A stretch of DNA of 64,000 nt from Heterodontus francisci. Lineage: Eukaryota. The stretch spans positions 104,442,649 through 104,506,648 of the forward strand of contig NC_090371.1 in the NCBI RefSeq assembly GCF_036365525.1, given 5' to 3'. Made by a program: the position numbers and the translations under genes. This document shows positions 1 to 11,791 of this stretch, one piece after another. Every line of letters begins with the position of its first letter. Position 1 is the first letter of the stretch. The notes beneath the pieces were generated by a model, which was not told where the DNA came from, made no database searches, and saw only the letters and a program-made list of their open reading frames with translations.

Positions 1-652
1 TTTTACAGGTCCCCGGGCTTTAATTGTCCCGAGGTGGGACTTCCGCCCACTTGAGGGAGGAAGTCCCGCCTCAGTGAACTGCTGGCCAATCAGTGGGCCG
101 GCAGCTCTTGGTCCCAGCAGCGCCGCTTGGAGCGGTAGCTACTGCTGCATGGAACCAGGAGGGAAGGTAAGTTGGGTATGCCTCACCAGGGAGTTCGGTC
201 GTACCCTGGTGAGGCTAGGGTCGTCGTTTTGGGGGGGGCGTCTTGGGTCCCGGGGGTGGGTTGGGATGCGGGGGTGGCCCTCAATCAGTCACCCTGTGCT
301 CGACTGCCATGCGCAACCCCCGCACCCCCCCCCCCCCTCCCCGCGCTCGGAAAGGCCGGCAGCTATCACTGGGCAGCCTTTCACGTTCCCAGCACACCCG
401 CTTGCTACAGGTAAAATAACCGTGGTGGCAGGCGAGGGCCCTTAAGTGGCCACTTAAGGGCCTTGATTGGCCTCGGGCAGGCGGGCTATTCCCCCGCCAG
501 GCGGGTGGGCCATTCCCCTGCTTTCCCGCCCCCTTGCTCGACGGCCGTAAAGTTGACCAGAGGCGGGAGGGGTGCGGGTAGGCCTGCCGTTCAATTTTAC
601 GCTGCCCCCCACGCCACCATCCGACCCGCTGGAGCGGTGTAAAATTTAGCCC
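1..652. mobile_element. GC-rich non-autonomous PIF/Harbinger-type MITE, right part (left end outside window)
   Basis: Abrupt GC-rich block ending ...GTAAAATTTAGCCC followed by TAA (653-655), matching Harbinger GGG(C) termini and TWA targets; internal inverted repeats 31-44/59-72 and a perfect palindrome 437-462. Confidence 0.55.
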
Positions 653-655
653 TAA

Positions 656-1497
656 ATTTCAAATTGTTGCTGGGAAGAAGAGAAGGCCTGTTAGAAGGGC
701 TGCCAGACTCTTGGCTGGAAGACATTTACATACCAATAGGGGCAAGAGAGGTTACTGTCCTTATCCATTTAACCCACAATGGACTTTGAGCACCAAGCAT
801 TGAAGGCAGGGAAGCGCATTCCAGGCCCTGCTAAGATGGTACAATCCACAAAGCCAAGATGAGGTCGGACCAGCTAGTCACACGACTAACTTGATTGGTA
901 ACCTGGGTTTTTCTGAATGGTACAAACATTTTGAACTGAGAGTGTCTGCTTGTACCTGGACTGAAAAGAGCTCTCCTGGCTGGCTCGCCACAGCCTCTCC
1001 TGTCTGCTCCCATCTCTTTCTCACAGAACTCCAAATCCACTGAAGACACATGAACCCCAAGAGAGAAAAGTTTCCTACAGCGAACAAGGTTTAAGAAGAA
1101 TACTGGATCCCAACGAAAAGCAAGATCTACCTACAGCGAGCTCGAAGATCTGTAACAAAAACCCTCTTCAGAGATTGCCTCAAACTTTTCCACTTTATTT
1201 CTTATGCTCTGTTCTGTCTCTATCTGCATGTGTGTATAGCATATGCATGCTAGTGTGGGCGCGTTGTGTATCCGTAGGTATTAACTGAATTAGTTTAAGT
1301 TTAATAAATTTCAACCTTTCTTTAAACCTAAGAAGACCTGTTTGTACTGGTTTCTTTGCCTTATAATTGCAAAGCGGTGAACAAGGGTTCACCAAGGGGG
1401 AGCTCAAAACAGTGTGTTTAAAATTCGACCCTGTTATGGTAAGACCGGGTGAAGGCTGAGAGGGAACCCTAGACTCCTTTCTCACTGGGTCGTAACA
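656..1497 (+). mobile_element. LTR (Gypsy-like), 3' portion
   Basis: Ends ...CTCACTGGGTCGTAACA; AATAAA at 1303-1308; homologous to the reverse complement of the TSD-flanked LTR at 41307-42204 and to copies at 39296-40004 and 44405. Confidence 0.65.
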
Positions 1498-1578
1498 CTG
1501 GAAATACTCAGCAGGTCAGGCAGCATCTGTGGGGAGAGAAACAGAGTTAACGTTTCAGGTTAATGACCTTTCATCAGA
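1498..1578 (-). mobile_element. Penelope-like element pseudo-LTR fragment
   Basis: CTGGAAATACTCAGCAGGTCAGGCAGCATCTGTGG...ACAGAGTTAACGTTTCAGGT..GACCTTTCATCAG, a motif I recognise from chondrichthyan Penelope ends; second copy at 43012-43113. Confidence 0.65.
1546..1577 (-). ncRNA. Minimal hammerhead ribozyme core (Penelope-associated, probably degenerate)
   Basis: Minus strand reads CTGATGA-A-AGGT-CATTA-ACCT-GAAACGTT-AAC: CUGANGA box, 4-bp helix II, GAAA box and palindromic ACGU helix III; the 5' strand of helix I is poorly matched (GAT instead of GTT). Confidence 0.5.
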
Positions 1579-2464
1579 TCATAAATTAACAGTTTTATTT
1601 TAATCCTGCGTTGGCTTCTATGTTGGGAAATGGGTAGTGTTATTAATGTTTTGTCTTCTCTTTTCCTTACCACTCCCCCATCCCAAAGAACAGGAGAAAT
1701 CAATTGGTAAGTATCCCTGATTTCAGTTGTACGTCTTATAAAGCTGGGTACTAATTGGTATTGACAAAGACTAGGGGAAACTCATGGACTGCCTGGTAAG
1801 TGAGGCAACAAATGGGTGTTTGGGAGTGGGAAGGGAAAGTATATTTTACAAACCACAAGTATAGATGTGTCTTGGGGTTACATTTAATGCCAATAATTGG
1901 CAATGAAAACTGTTCCTATGTTTAAAGTCTTTCTAGGATGACAATGTGTCACAATATTTTTGAATGTTTTTCATTAATACTGTTGCATAATTAGCAAAAG
2001 CAATGCAGGTCTGAATTTCAGCCAGTGCTGTAATAGAAAGCTTTGATTTGGCAGTGTCGGTATGCTAGATTTGAAATGTAATTTCCAGCTCCAGTTCACA
2101 TTTTGTGCTACTTCCAAGTTCAGTTTGTACTTCTGGGCTCAGCATATGAAACTATGACTCTGCTTGCTTCTCTCTCTTCCCCAATACCCTTCCAATAAAA
2201 AAAAGGGTTGTGATGGCCCCAGTTAGTTCAGTGAAAACTATTTGAAGTACTATTAAGTATTTAAAAACTGGATGAAAACAAACATTTGGAATTAATTTTG
2301 GCATTAGATGATGAGTCTGTATGTTTACTCTATTGTTTTATGTTTCAGTCCTCTTTTATATCAAACTGATAGATCTGGAAGGTAGAAAGAGTTTGCATTT
2401 ATATAGCATACTGCACAATCTCAATGTCCCAAAATTTTTTTATAAGTAATCCATCTATCAATTG

Positions 2465-2685
2465 TGCACAGCACGGTCCCACAAACATCAAAGAGATAAA
2501 TGACTCGATAATCTGCTTTTTGGGGTGTAGTGGAGGTATTGGCGTTGGCCAGGACCCCTCTTGCCACTCTTTGGTGTCATTGGATCTTTTACATTTCATC
2601 TGGAAAACAGCATTCCTTCAGAACTGCTGTGAAGTATCAATCAAGATTATGAGGCGTGAGTCCTACTGCTGAGCTAAGGCTTATG
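2465..2685 (-). mobile_element. Degenerate SacSINE1/DeuSINE-type SINE
   Basis: Patchy similarity to copies at 13925-14148 and 24132-24535 (TGGCCAGGAC, GTCATTGGATCTTTTACAT, TCATCTGGAAA, CTGAGCTAAGGCT). Confidence 0.45.
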
Positions 2686-2809
2686 CTGATGCAGAACTGT
2701 ATGCTTCTGGCATGGAACGAAACCACCCATTTAGTATGGATTTTAAAAACCCTTCTTTTTTTTTAGCTCTCACCATAATCTAATGCTGAGTATACAGTAA
2801 AATGTTGCT

Positions 2810-3330
2810 GTGATGTCAGTGAACAAGGGGTTAACTGCTGAAGTGTATTTTATTTTCCCCCATGTGTATCCAATTAAGTAGGCGTCTCTTCCTGGAAGTG
2901 TTCAGGGGCTGGGCGGTTGCATTTTGATTGATGTAACCGCGTGTTCTTTGGAAGGGTGACGTTGGGGAGTGACAGAGTTGCACAAGGGGTTAAATTTAGA
3001 TTTAGCAGAGGCATTATGCAAGCTGTTAAAGTAAAAGGAAGTGCGTTACAAAATGCTTAGCTCAGTAGTCTGGCTCTTGGCCAAGGCTTTGCTTTCTTCA
3101 CTACAGCTGAGGGCTTTCTAAGCTTCCCACCAGTGGGTTTGTCTGATACGTTTAGGAATGCTAGTTGAGTTGTTGGCTGATGTCAGCACAGGCAGTTCAG
3201 CTGAGGGCCAGGCCAGATCAGCAGTGCAGCTGGGAGTGGCTTTGTGTGGGTGGTGGCGCACTCGGTGCGTGTGTGTATGTGTGGTGTAAAACATATGAGC
3301 TGAGGGGGAGGGGTGATGGCCACGCCACTT
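2810..3330. promoter_or_regulatory. Candidate enhancer (motif cluster in unique DNA)
   Basis: TTCCTGGAA 2889-2897 (GAS/STAT), GGGCGG 2911-2916, TGATTGATG 2925-2933, TTCTTTGGAA 2944-2953 (TTC-N4-GAA), TGACGT 2957-2962, TTGCACAA 2978-2985, and the 12-mer ACAAGGGGTTAA twice (2823-2834, 2982-2993). Confidence 0.35.
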
Positions 3331-6300
3331 TTTCCATGTAATGGAATTACAATATTAGAAATTCCAGAAGCAGCTTGTCTTGCATGATATTGCCTGTGAA
3401 TATGTTCTTAGACACTGCTAAATCCGTATATTACAATGCTGTATGTCGGGCAATACGACTACAATCTTCACATTTCACAGTTCAGCAGTGCAGTCTGTTC
3501 AATATAAACCAAGTAGTGGTGCAGGTAATATCTAATATACTAACACCTGGCGTCAGACGTTCTGTTATATGTTTGTGTCACAGGAACTATTTAGAAATAT
3601 TATTGGTAGTTTACTGATGAAAGAGAATTTGTTAATGTATAATTCATGGCAACCAGTGAGGGGGCTAAAATCTCAATTGGAAGAACCTTTAGTGAATTAA
3701 AGCTAAATATAACTTTGTTTTGATTTTGCTTTGCACATTTTAAAGATACTTTTTAATTGGGTACTGATGAAATTTGATTTCATTGCCTACAGTTGACTCA
3801 ACAAAGTCTTATTTAAACCTTAATGCAAGCTGTGCTTGCAGTATTTTGGGGCTTGTTAAGCAGGTAGTCTGTCTTGCATGTTTGTTTGTTCAATATATAC
3901 TGGAAAGGTAGACATTTTTGAGCCTTTCTAGGACCACAATGTGTCTCAATGTTCATCCTATTCTGTGGTTAAGTGTTCTATCTACATTGAGAGCTGCACT
4001 TTGTAAGTTGAACAGTTAAAATGCTTCCTTTGAAAGTACCCTTACTGACACAGTAACTCATAACAATAGATGTATCTGAAACTTAACACCGATTTTACTT
4101 TAAGCTATAACTTGCCTATTAGTTTAAATGTAAAGTGTATTCTTGGGTGGCTCCCAGATAATGAGTGTACAGTGACTAGTGTTTCCTTTAAAATGGACTT
4201 GTTTGGGCTTTGACCACAATTGATTCCAAAAAAGAAAGTATACGTTTTAGCTTTCCATGGTTTTAAAGTTGCATCTCGTTTTCTTTTGTATTATTTCCTC
4301 ATTGAAAAATCCATTTTGGAATTTAAGACAGCTAGTGAGTGTATGCACAAAGGTTGTGGGTTAGTTATTTTCCATTGCTAGAAACTAATGGTTTCTCACA
4401 CATGAAGGCTGGTTACACTCTCTCTTGTCTGCTTATCTGTTTGTGGTGAAATAAGCTTCTTTTGAAGATGTTTCTCTAGACTGGGTTAATGGTCACCTGC
4501 TGCAGTGTGTATGTGTGTATAACTATATCTTGTCTTTGATTTTTCTGCCAACAAATTAGCCTTGTGATTTATTCAAACTTACAACCACTGGCTGGTTTCA
4601 TATTAATTTCTTCAGATTGATTTGATTTGCTTTGGTTAGGGTTGTTTGTGCTTTTCCTCTCTGTCTTGTTGACACCAGCAGCTCGCCAAGTTGATAGAAT
4701 GGAGGGGGCTTGGGGAACTGGATTTGTGCTTTTTAACATATCTAGGCAATAATTATGTTCCATGTACTGGCAGGGAAACTATATATCTGCACATTAATGA
4801 AACATATCTAAATCATCTGGGGGAGTTAATATATAAAGACAAGAATCTCAGCCTGTTTTATAACGCATGAAATATTTTTGGATTAGTAGAAGTTTCCATT
4901 GGTGTAAATGATAAGGTTGGAATTCTTGCCCATGCTCTTATTAAATACGTGTGGTGGGTCAGACCAGTTATTTGTGTACTGTTTAATTTTGTCAACACAC
5001 ACTCAAAGCGAAACAGTTTCAGGTCATTTTATCATTCTCAATTTTATTTTAACTTTTTTTATCCATCCCAGACTTGTAGTTGTTTCAATTGCTGGACTTG
5101 AAAACTGATGGACAATCAGTTTAATCATTTCTGAAGCTTGGATTGCTCATCATCCTTTTGGGATCCATATTACTCATACAGTTTGGTTGGAAAAGCAAAG
5201 TGGTTACAGATGAAACATTTTTCAGTTTGCTCAGATTAGTGATAAATATTTGGAAGGACAAGATGGTTTTTATAGTTTGGCCAAAATTCGGTAAAAGCTA
5301 AATGCAATGGTGTGTTCTACTGTCGCTTCTTATTACCTGTTTGAAACTTACTTGTAAAATGGCAATAAATATTGATTCACATGATAGAATTGAAGTGGTG
5401 TGGGATATACTTTCTCCAGTTTCCATGAAAACCACAGTGGCTGACTGGCGAGATGAGATGTTTGTACTGTATAACACTGAACATCCATCATGTGAATAGG
5501 CATAAAATGCAATCTATTACAGTTTGCTCAATGGAACAGGTGTGTGGCTGTCCAGGTAAAGTCTGAATAATGGTGCAACAGTTGAGGACAAACAAGTAAT
5601 AGGGATGAATGAAGCTTGCCAGCTGCTCTCGCTAGTCTTTCTTGATTTATTAATGAACGGTTTTATTATAGCGACCTGGAGAAAGTCAGTTGTTTAGATG
5701 TCTTAATGGGTAGCTGAGGTTGTTTTGACAATTGGTTAACCTGAATTCTACTTCAGTCATAATTTGGTAGTGGAGATTGTGGGGGTGGGTGAGGAGTGCT
5801 TTCCTTAGAAGTTATGCTCATTTCAGTAATTCAATATAGCTACATTTTAAGCCTGTAATATTTTCCAAAACTGTTTTACAACCATATGGATTCTTGAAAA
5901 ATAAATCTAGACTTTCAGCACTGATTCCAGATGATATAAAGATGATTTTTAAATTTAGCATTGATTATAGAAGTCTCACATGGACACCAGTGCTGCAGTA
6001 AATGTTTTTTTGCAAGTACAAGGCATCTACTAGCTTGGGCAGTAATGCTATTCACTTCCTGAATGCATGTCTAGCCATGCAACCGTTCTCATGTACCAGA
6101 GTTTTCAAGCACTGACTAATCATCCCTCTCTGCCTTTATTTTTCTTCAGTTTTGTGTTTTAACCTGGATAATCACATGAGTCTTAAGACATTTGGTATGT
6201 CTTGCATAGCACAAAACTCTTGAATACTGAATGACTAGTGAATTGGAAAAGGAGGAACATACTATATTTCTCGATTCTGGCAATGCTGAGTAAGCGTGTG

Positions 6301-6449
6301 TCAGACTCAGATCCTGTGGAAATGAAACTAGCAATTTTTCCCCTATGCACACTCGGAGGGCAAATTAATTTTTCAGTACAAGTATTTTATTAGAAAATGT
6401 TTTCTTCAAAAAAAGTTTATTTTTAGAAAAGTTGAAGTAATTGCGTTTA

Positions 6450-6570
6450 TCTTTTGCCTTTTACAACCTTGGGACGCTCCTAAAGGCTTTGGAAATGTCG
6501 TCACTGTTGTAATGTAGGGAAACGTGGCAGCGAACCTACACGCAGTAAGCTCTCATTGAGATACTGACCA
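6450..6570 (-). mobile_element. SacSINE1/DeuSINE-type SINE, 3' part (split by a CR1 insertion)
   Basis: Matches the 3' half of the SINE at 24132-24535 (GTCACTGTTGTAATGTAGGGAAAC..); the element continues at 9598. Confidence 0.55.
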
Positions 6571-9500
6571 AACTAATGTGGCAGGGGGATGGGAACCAAA
6601 TGAGGAGGTCAGTGGACAGTAAGGAGGTAGTAACTAAAGCCTGTAAGGAACTAGATAATGAAGTCAGCGTGACTAAGGGGAAGAGTAGGCAGGGAGCAGA
6701 TGATGAACGCAAAGGGACTGGTGGTCTGAGGTGCATTTGTTTTAATGCAAGAAGTGTAGCAGGTAAGGCAGATGAACTTAGGGCTTGGATTAGTACCTGG
6801 GAGTATGATGTTATTGCTATTACTGAGACTTGGTTGAAGGAAGGGCACGATTGGCAACTAAATATCCCAGGATATCGATGCTTCAGGCGGGATAGAGAGG
6901 GAGGTAAAAGGGGTGGAGGAGTTGCATTACTGGTCAAAGAGGATATCACAGCTGTGCTGAAGGAGGGCAATATGGAGGACTCGAGCAGTGAGGCAATATG
7001 GGCAGAACTCAGAAATAGGAAGGGTGCGGTAACAATGTTGGGGCTGTACTACAGGCCTCCCAACAGCGAGCGTGAGATAGAGGTACAAATATGTAAACAG
7101 ATTATGGAAAGATGTAGGAGCAACAGGGTGGTGGTGATAGGAGATTTTAATTTTCCCAACATTGACTGGGATTCACTTAGTGTTAGAGGTCTCGATGGAG
7201 CAGAATTTGTAAGGAGCATCCAGGAGAGTTTTCTAGAGCAGTATGTAAATAGTCCAACTCGGGAAGGGGCCATACTGGACCTGGTGTTGGGGAATGAGCC
7301 CGGCCAGGTGGTTGACGTTTCAGTAGGGGACTACTTTGGGAATAGTGATCACAATTCCGTAAGCTTTAAAATACTCATGGACAAAGACGAGAGTGGTCCT
7401 AAAGGAAGAGTGCTAAATTGGGGGAAGGCCAACTATACCAAAATTCGGCAGGAGCTGGGGAATGTAGATTGGGAGCAGCTGTTTGAAGGTAAATCCACGT
7501 GATATGTGGGAGGCTTTTAAAGAGAGGTTGATTAGCGTGCAGGAGAGACATGTTCCTGTGAAAATGAGGGACAGAAAAGGCAAGATTAGGGAACCATGGA
7601 TGACAGGTGAAATTGTGAGACTAGCTAAGAGGAAAAAGGAAGCATACATAAGGTCTAGGCGGCTGAAGAAAGACGAAGCTTTGAAAGAATATCGGGAATG
7701 TAGGACCAATCTGAAACGAGGAATTAAGAGGGCTAAAAGGCGTCATGAAATATCTTTAGCAAACAGGGTTAAGGAAAATCCCAAAGCCTTTTATTCATAT
7801 ATAAGGAGCAAGAGGGTAACATGAGAAAGGATTGGCCCACTCAAGGACAAAGGAGGAAAGTTATGCTTGGAGTCAGAGAAAATGGGTGAGATTCTAAATG
7901 AGTACTTTGCATCGGTATTCACCAAGGAGAGGGACATGAAGGATGTTGAGGTTAGGAACAGCTGTTTGATTACTCTAGGTCAAGTCGGCATAAGGAGGGA
8001 GGAAGTGTTGGGTATTCTAAAAGGCATTAAGGTGGACAAGTCCCCAGGTCCAGATGGGATCTATCCCAGGTTACTGAGGGAAGCGAGAGAGGAAATAGCT
8101 GGGGCCTTAACAGATATCTTTGCAGCATCCTTAAACACGGCTGAGGTCCCGGAGGACTGGAGAATTGCTAATGTTGTCCCCTTGTTTAAGAAGGGTAGCA
8201 GGGATAATCCAGGTAATTATAGACCGGTGAGCCTGACGTCAGTGGTAGGGAAGCTGCTGGAGAAGATACTGAGGGATAGGATCTATTGCCATTTGGAAGA
8301 AAATGGGCTTATCAGTGATAGGCAACATGGTTTTGTGCAGGGAAGGTCATGTCTTACCAACTTAATCGAATTCTTTGAGGAAGTGACAAAGTTGATTGAT
8401 GAGGGAAGGGCTGTAGATGTCATATACATGGACTTCAGTAAGGCGTTTGATGAGGTTCCCCATGGTAGGCTGATGGAGAAAGTGAAGTCGCATGGGGTCC
8501 AAGGTGTACTAGCTAGATGGATAAAGAACTGGCTGGGCAACAGGAGACAGAGAGTAGCAGTGGAAGGGAGTTTCTCAAAATGGAGACGTGTGACCAGTGG
8601 TGTTCCACAGGGATCCGTGCTGGGACCACTGTTGTTTGTGATATACATAAATGATTTGGAGGAAAGTATAGGTGGTCTGATTAGCAAGTTTGCAGACGAC
8701 ACTAAGATTGGTGGAGTAGTAGATAGCGAAGGGGACTGTCAGAATACAGCAGAATATAGATAGACTGGAGAGTTGGGCAGAAAAATGGCAGATGGAGTTC
8801 AATCAGGGCAAATGCGAGGTGATGCATTTTGGAAGATCCAATTCAAGACAATAAATGGAAAAGTCCTGGGGAAAATTGATGTACAGAGAGATTTGGGTGT
8901 TCAGGTCCATTGTTCCCTGAAGGTGGCAACGCAGGTCAATAGAGTGGTCAAGAAGGCATACGGCATGCTTTCCTTCATCGGACGGGGTATTGAGTACAAG
9001 AGTTGGCAGGTCATGTTACAGTTGTATAGGACTTTGGTTCGGCCACATTTGGAATACTGCGTGCAGTTCTGGTCGCCACATTACAAAAGGATGTAGATGC
9101 TTTGGAGAGGGTGCAGAGGAGGTTCACCAGGATGTTGCCTGGTATGGAGGGTGCTAGCTATGAAGAGAGGTTGAGTAGATTAGGATTATTTTCATTAGAA
9201 AGACGGAGGTTGAGGGGGGACCTGATTGAGGTGTACAAAATCATGAGAGGTATAGACAGGGTGGATAGCAAGAAGCTTTTTCCCAGAGTGGGGGATTCAA
9301 TTACTAGGGGTCACGAGTTCAAAGTGAGAGGGGGAAAAGTTTAGGGGGGATATGCGTGGAAAGTTCTTTACGCAGAGGGTGGTGGGTGCCTGGAACGCGT
9401 TTCCAGCGGAGATGGTAGACACGGGCACGATAGCGTCTTTTAAGATGTATCTAGACAGATACATGGATGGGCAGGAAGTAAAGAGATACAGACCCTTAGA

Positions 9501-9595
9501 AAATAGGCGACATGTTTAGATAGAGGATCTGGATCGGCGCAGGCTTGGAGGGCCGAAGGGCCTGTTCCTGCGCTGTAATTTTCTTTGTTCTTTGT
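6570..9595 (+). mobile_element. CR1/HER1-type LINE, 5'-truncated at the end of ORF1, with near-complete ORF2
   Basis: APE motifs (FNARS, ITETW, YYRPP, GDFNFP, SDH), RT motifs ([34 protein letters not shown]), 3' GGGCCGAAGGGCCTGTT and (TTCTTTG)n tail. Confidence 0.95.
6576..9519 (+). pseudogene. CR1 ORF2 (endonuclease-reverse transcriptase), frameshifted
   Basis: Consecutive ORF pieces 6576-7502, 7483-7824, 7867-8763, 8773-9096 and 9102-9344 join into one ORF2 with about 5 small indels and one stop. Confidence 0.9.
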
Positions 9596-9597
9596 AT

Positions 9598-9885
9598 TAT
9601 TGGTTTTAATATTGGTTGAGATATAAATATTGGCTAGAACGTTGGAGAGAACTCGCCTGCTCTTTGAATAGCAACATTGGACCTTCTACTACCAGCTTAG
9701 AGGGCAAACATGGGGTTGGTTAAATGTCTCATCTGAAACATGACATCTCTGACCAGTGCAGGATTCCTTCAGTACTGCACTAAGTGTCAGCTCCGATTTT
9801 GTACTCCAGTCGCTGGAGTGGGACTTGAACCCACATCCTTCTGACTCAGAGACACGCGTCCTATCACTGATCCAAGGCTGACACC
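9598..9885 (-). mobile_element. SacSINE1/DeuSINE-type SINE, 5' part
   Basis: GGAGTGGGACTTGAACCCAC (B box on minus strand), CTTCTGACTCAGAG, CAGTACTGCAC, TCTCATCTGAAA shared with other copies. Confidence 0.7.
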
Positions 9886-10278
9886 AAAAGCTAGACCAGT
9901 AGCAATCTTAATGCTGGATGCGTCAGTTCATCCTTCTGGTGCCTGCCAGCTGTTCATGACTTAATTACCCATAAATATTGTGTGCATTTTAGGGAAGGTC
10001 CTGAATAGCTGACTCTACAAGCCAGAAGAGATCAAGGACCTCATAACTGACCATTGGCATCATTGCTTCACTTACCACATAATCAGCCTCTTTTTTTTTT
10101 AAATCTATAATGACCGGGCAGAAATTAACTGAAAATTTCTCCTTGGTGCTGAACTGAGGATTGACTGGCCTTGCTAACCTTCTCTTTGCCTATAGTATTG
10201 CTGTACCCAGAGCTCAATGCTTCTCTATTCTCTGTTTACCTCTGAGCATTTACTTGAATGCACCATTTGCACTAGCCT

Positions 10279-10349
10279 AACCACTGAACACCTCCAGGCA
10301 CGTATCCATTGTCTCTCGAGATAAGGAGGCCCAAAAGAAAAAGAAAGAA
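10279..10349 (+). mobile_element. RTE LINE extreme 3' fragment
   Basis: Near-identical to the 3' UTR and tail of the RTE at 55218-55290. Confidence 0.85.
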
Positions 10350-10891
10350 TTGATGACCCAATTGTTGTATCTGATGTCTGACACCTGGGAGCTGTTGGTT
10401 TCCCTCTGCAGAGGCATTGATGACCCTGATCTTTATACTGAAAGAATTTTTCCTCCTTTCTGCACCCCCAATCCAAAAAGCAGTTTGGTATATCCCATAA
10501 GAGTGCAGTAAGTTGAGCATTGTAAAAGCATCTGATGGAAACGTATGGAAGTGACCCATCAGGTCTGTCGCCCACCAGCTGCTATTGAAGAAAGATTTAG
10601 CATGTTATTAGTTCAGAATTGTGGAGTATGACTGGATGGCTCACTACTAGCTAGGGCTGCATCGCACTAAACATGGCAACATACACGTTCAGGCAGTGGA
10701 TGTCGTAGCAGCTCAGTTTGTGAGAACTAACTTAGGATCTGAAGTAATATCGCCATCAGGAATTGCTGTTCAGAGACTTTAAATCAGAAAAGCACTTTTA
10801 TGTGTGTACTTTACTTCCCTTACCCTTCCACCTTTTTAAATTGCTTTGGCCAGTGGATGTGAAAAAATTTAATTCTGCATTGACCTTGAGT

Positions 10892-11158
10892 GCACCACCT
10901 GCAAGTTCCCCTCCAAGCCACACACCATCCTGACTTGGAACTATATCGCTGGTCTTTCACTGGGTCATAATCATAATCATAATCATAATCAAAATCCTGG
11001 AACTCCCTTCCTAACAGCACTGTGGATGTACCTACTCCAGATGGACTGCAGCAGATCAAGAAGGCAGCTCACCACCACCTTCTCGAGGGCAATTAGGGAT
11101 GGGTAATAAATGCTGGCATAGCCAGCGTCGCCCACATCCCATGAATGTATTAGAAAAA
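10892..11158 (+). mobile_element. CR1-superfamily LINE 'family B' 3' fragment
   Basis: Reverse complement of the 3' ends at 20460, 22988 and 31521; tail GGGCAATTAGGGATGGG..CCCACATCCCATGAAT. Confidence 0.8.
10965..10994 (+). repeat. (TCATAA)4-TCAAAA microsatellite
   Basis: Read directly from the sequence. Confidence 0.95.
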
Positions 11159-11216
11159 AGTTAGCCTGGGTTGCTCTTGCACGTGGTCACCTCTTAATGT
11201 GTGCTTCTGTGATTTT

Positions 11217-11791
11217 GGGTGGCATCTTACCACCTTTAAAGATTTTCAGAGGTTGAGACCAAAAGCCAATAAAGAGGCTGCCTCTGGGAATGCTGTCCAA
11301 CTAAGGGCAGGGCAGGCATCCAGCTGGCCCAACAGAAGGGCCTACAGAGCTGTCTTGCTGGCAGCCCCACAGGGAGAGGTGGGCGCTGCTGTGGCAGGCA
11401 GGAGAACGTGAGGGTGCCTGAAGGTGATGGCACCCTATGAAGGATTGCAAATTATTTAAAATGATTCTTGCCTGCAGCTGTGGCCCTGTGGGGGTGGGGG
11501 GTTTTAAATATAGGAGGCTTTGCTGGCCCCTGGGCCTGCTGCTGGAATGCTGCCTCCATGGACCTGCTGGGCTTCACCTGAGCATTTGGGCCATCCTCCA
11601 CTGGTAAGATCCTGACAGTGTCCCCAATTGGGCAGGTAATTGGCTACCCATCACTGCTGGTTGAGTAGCCACTGTCTTTGCTCACCTGCCTCTGGCAAGG
11701 TCTTCTGGGTGGCTGACCAGACATGCCATTCTCATATTCCCCCACCATCCACCACCAAAGCTGTCTCCCCACAGCTGGTAAGATTCCACCC
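11217..11791. mobile_element. PIF/Harbinger-type MITE (575 bp)
   Basis: 16-bp TIRs GGGTGGCATCTTACCA (11217-11232) / TGGTAAGATTCCACCC (11776-11791), 1 mismatch; 3-bp flanks TTT/TGT. Confidence 0.7.

Noticed and set aside
74-445. 123-aa GC-rich ORF, or a CpG-island promoter
   Set aside because: It lies inside a palindromic MITE-like block with a Harbinger-type end and has no recognisable domain.
8283-8702. Long antisense ORFs over LINE RT regions (also 6536-6970, 13001-13498, 28170-28811)
   Set aside because: Shadow ORFs opposite LINE coding frames, with no independent domain evidence.
10820-11059. ORF containing a DYDYDYDY repeat
   Set aside because: Antisense translation of the (TCATAA)n microsatellite inside a LINE.
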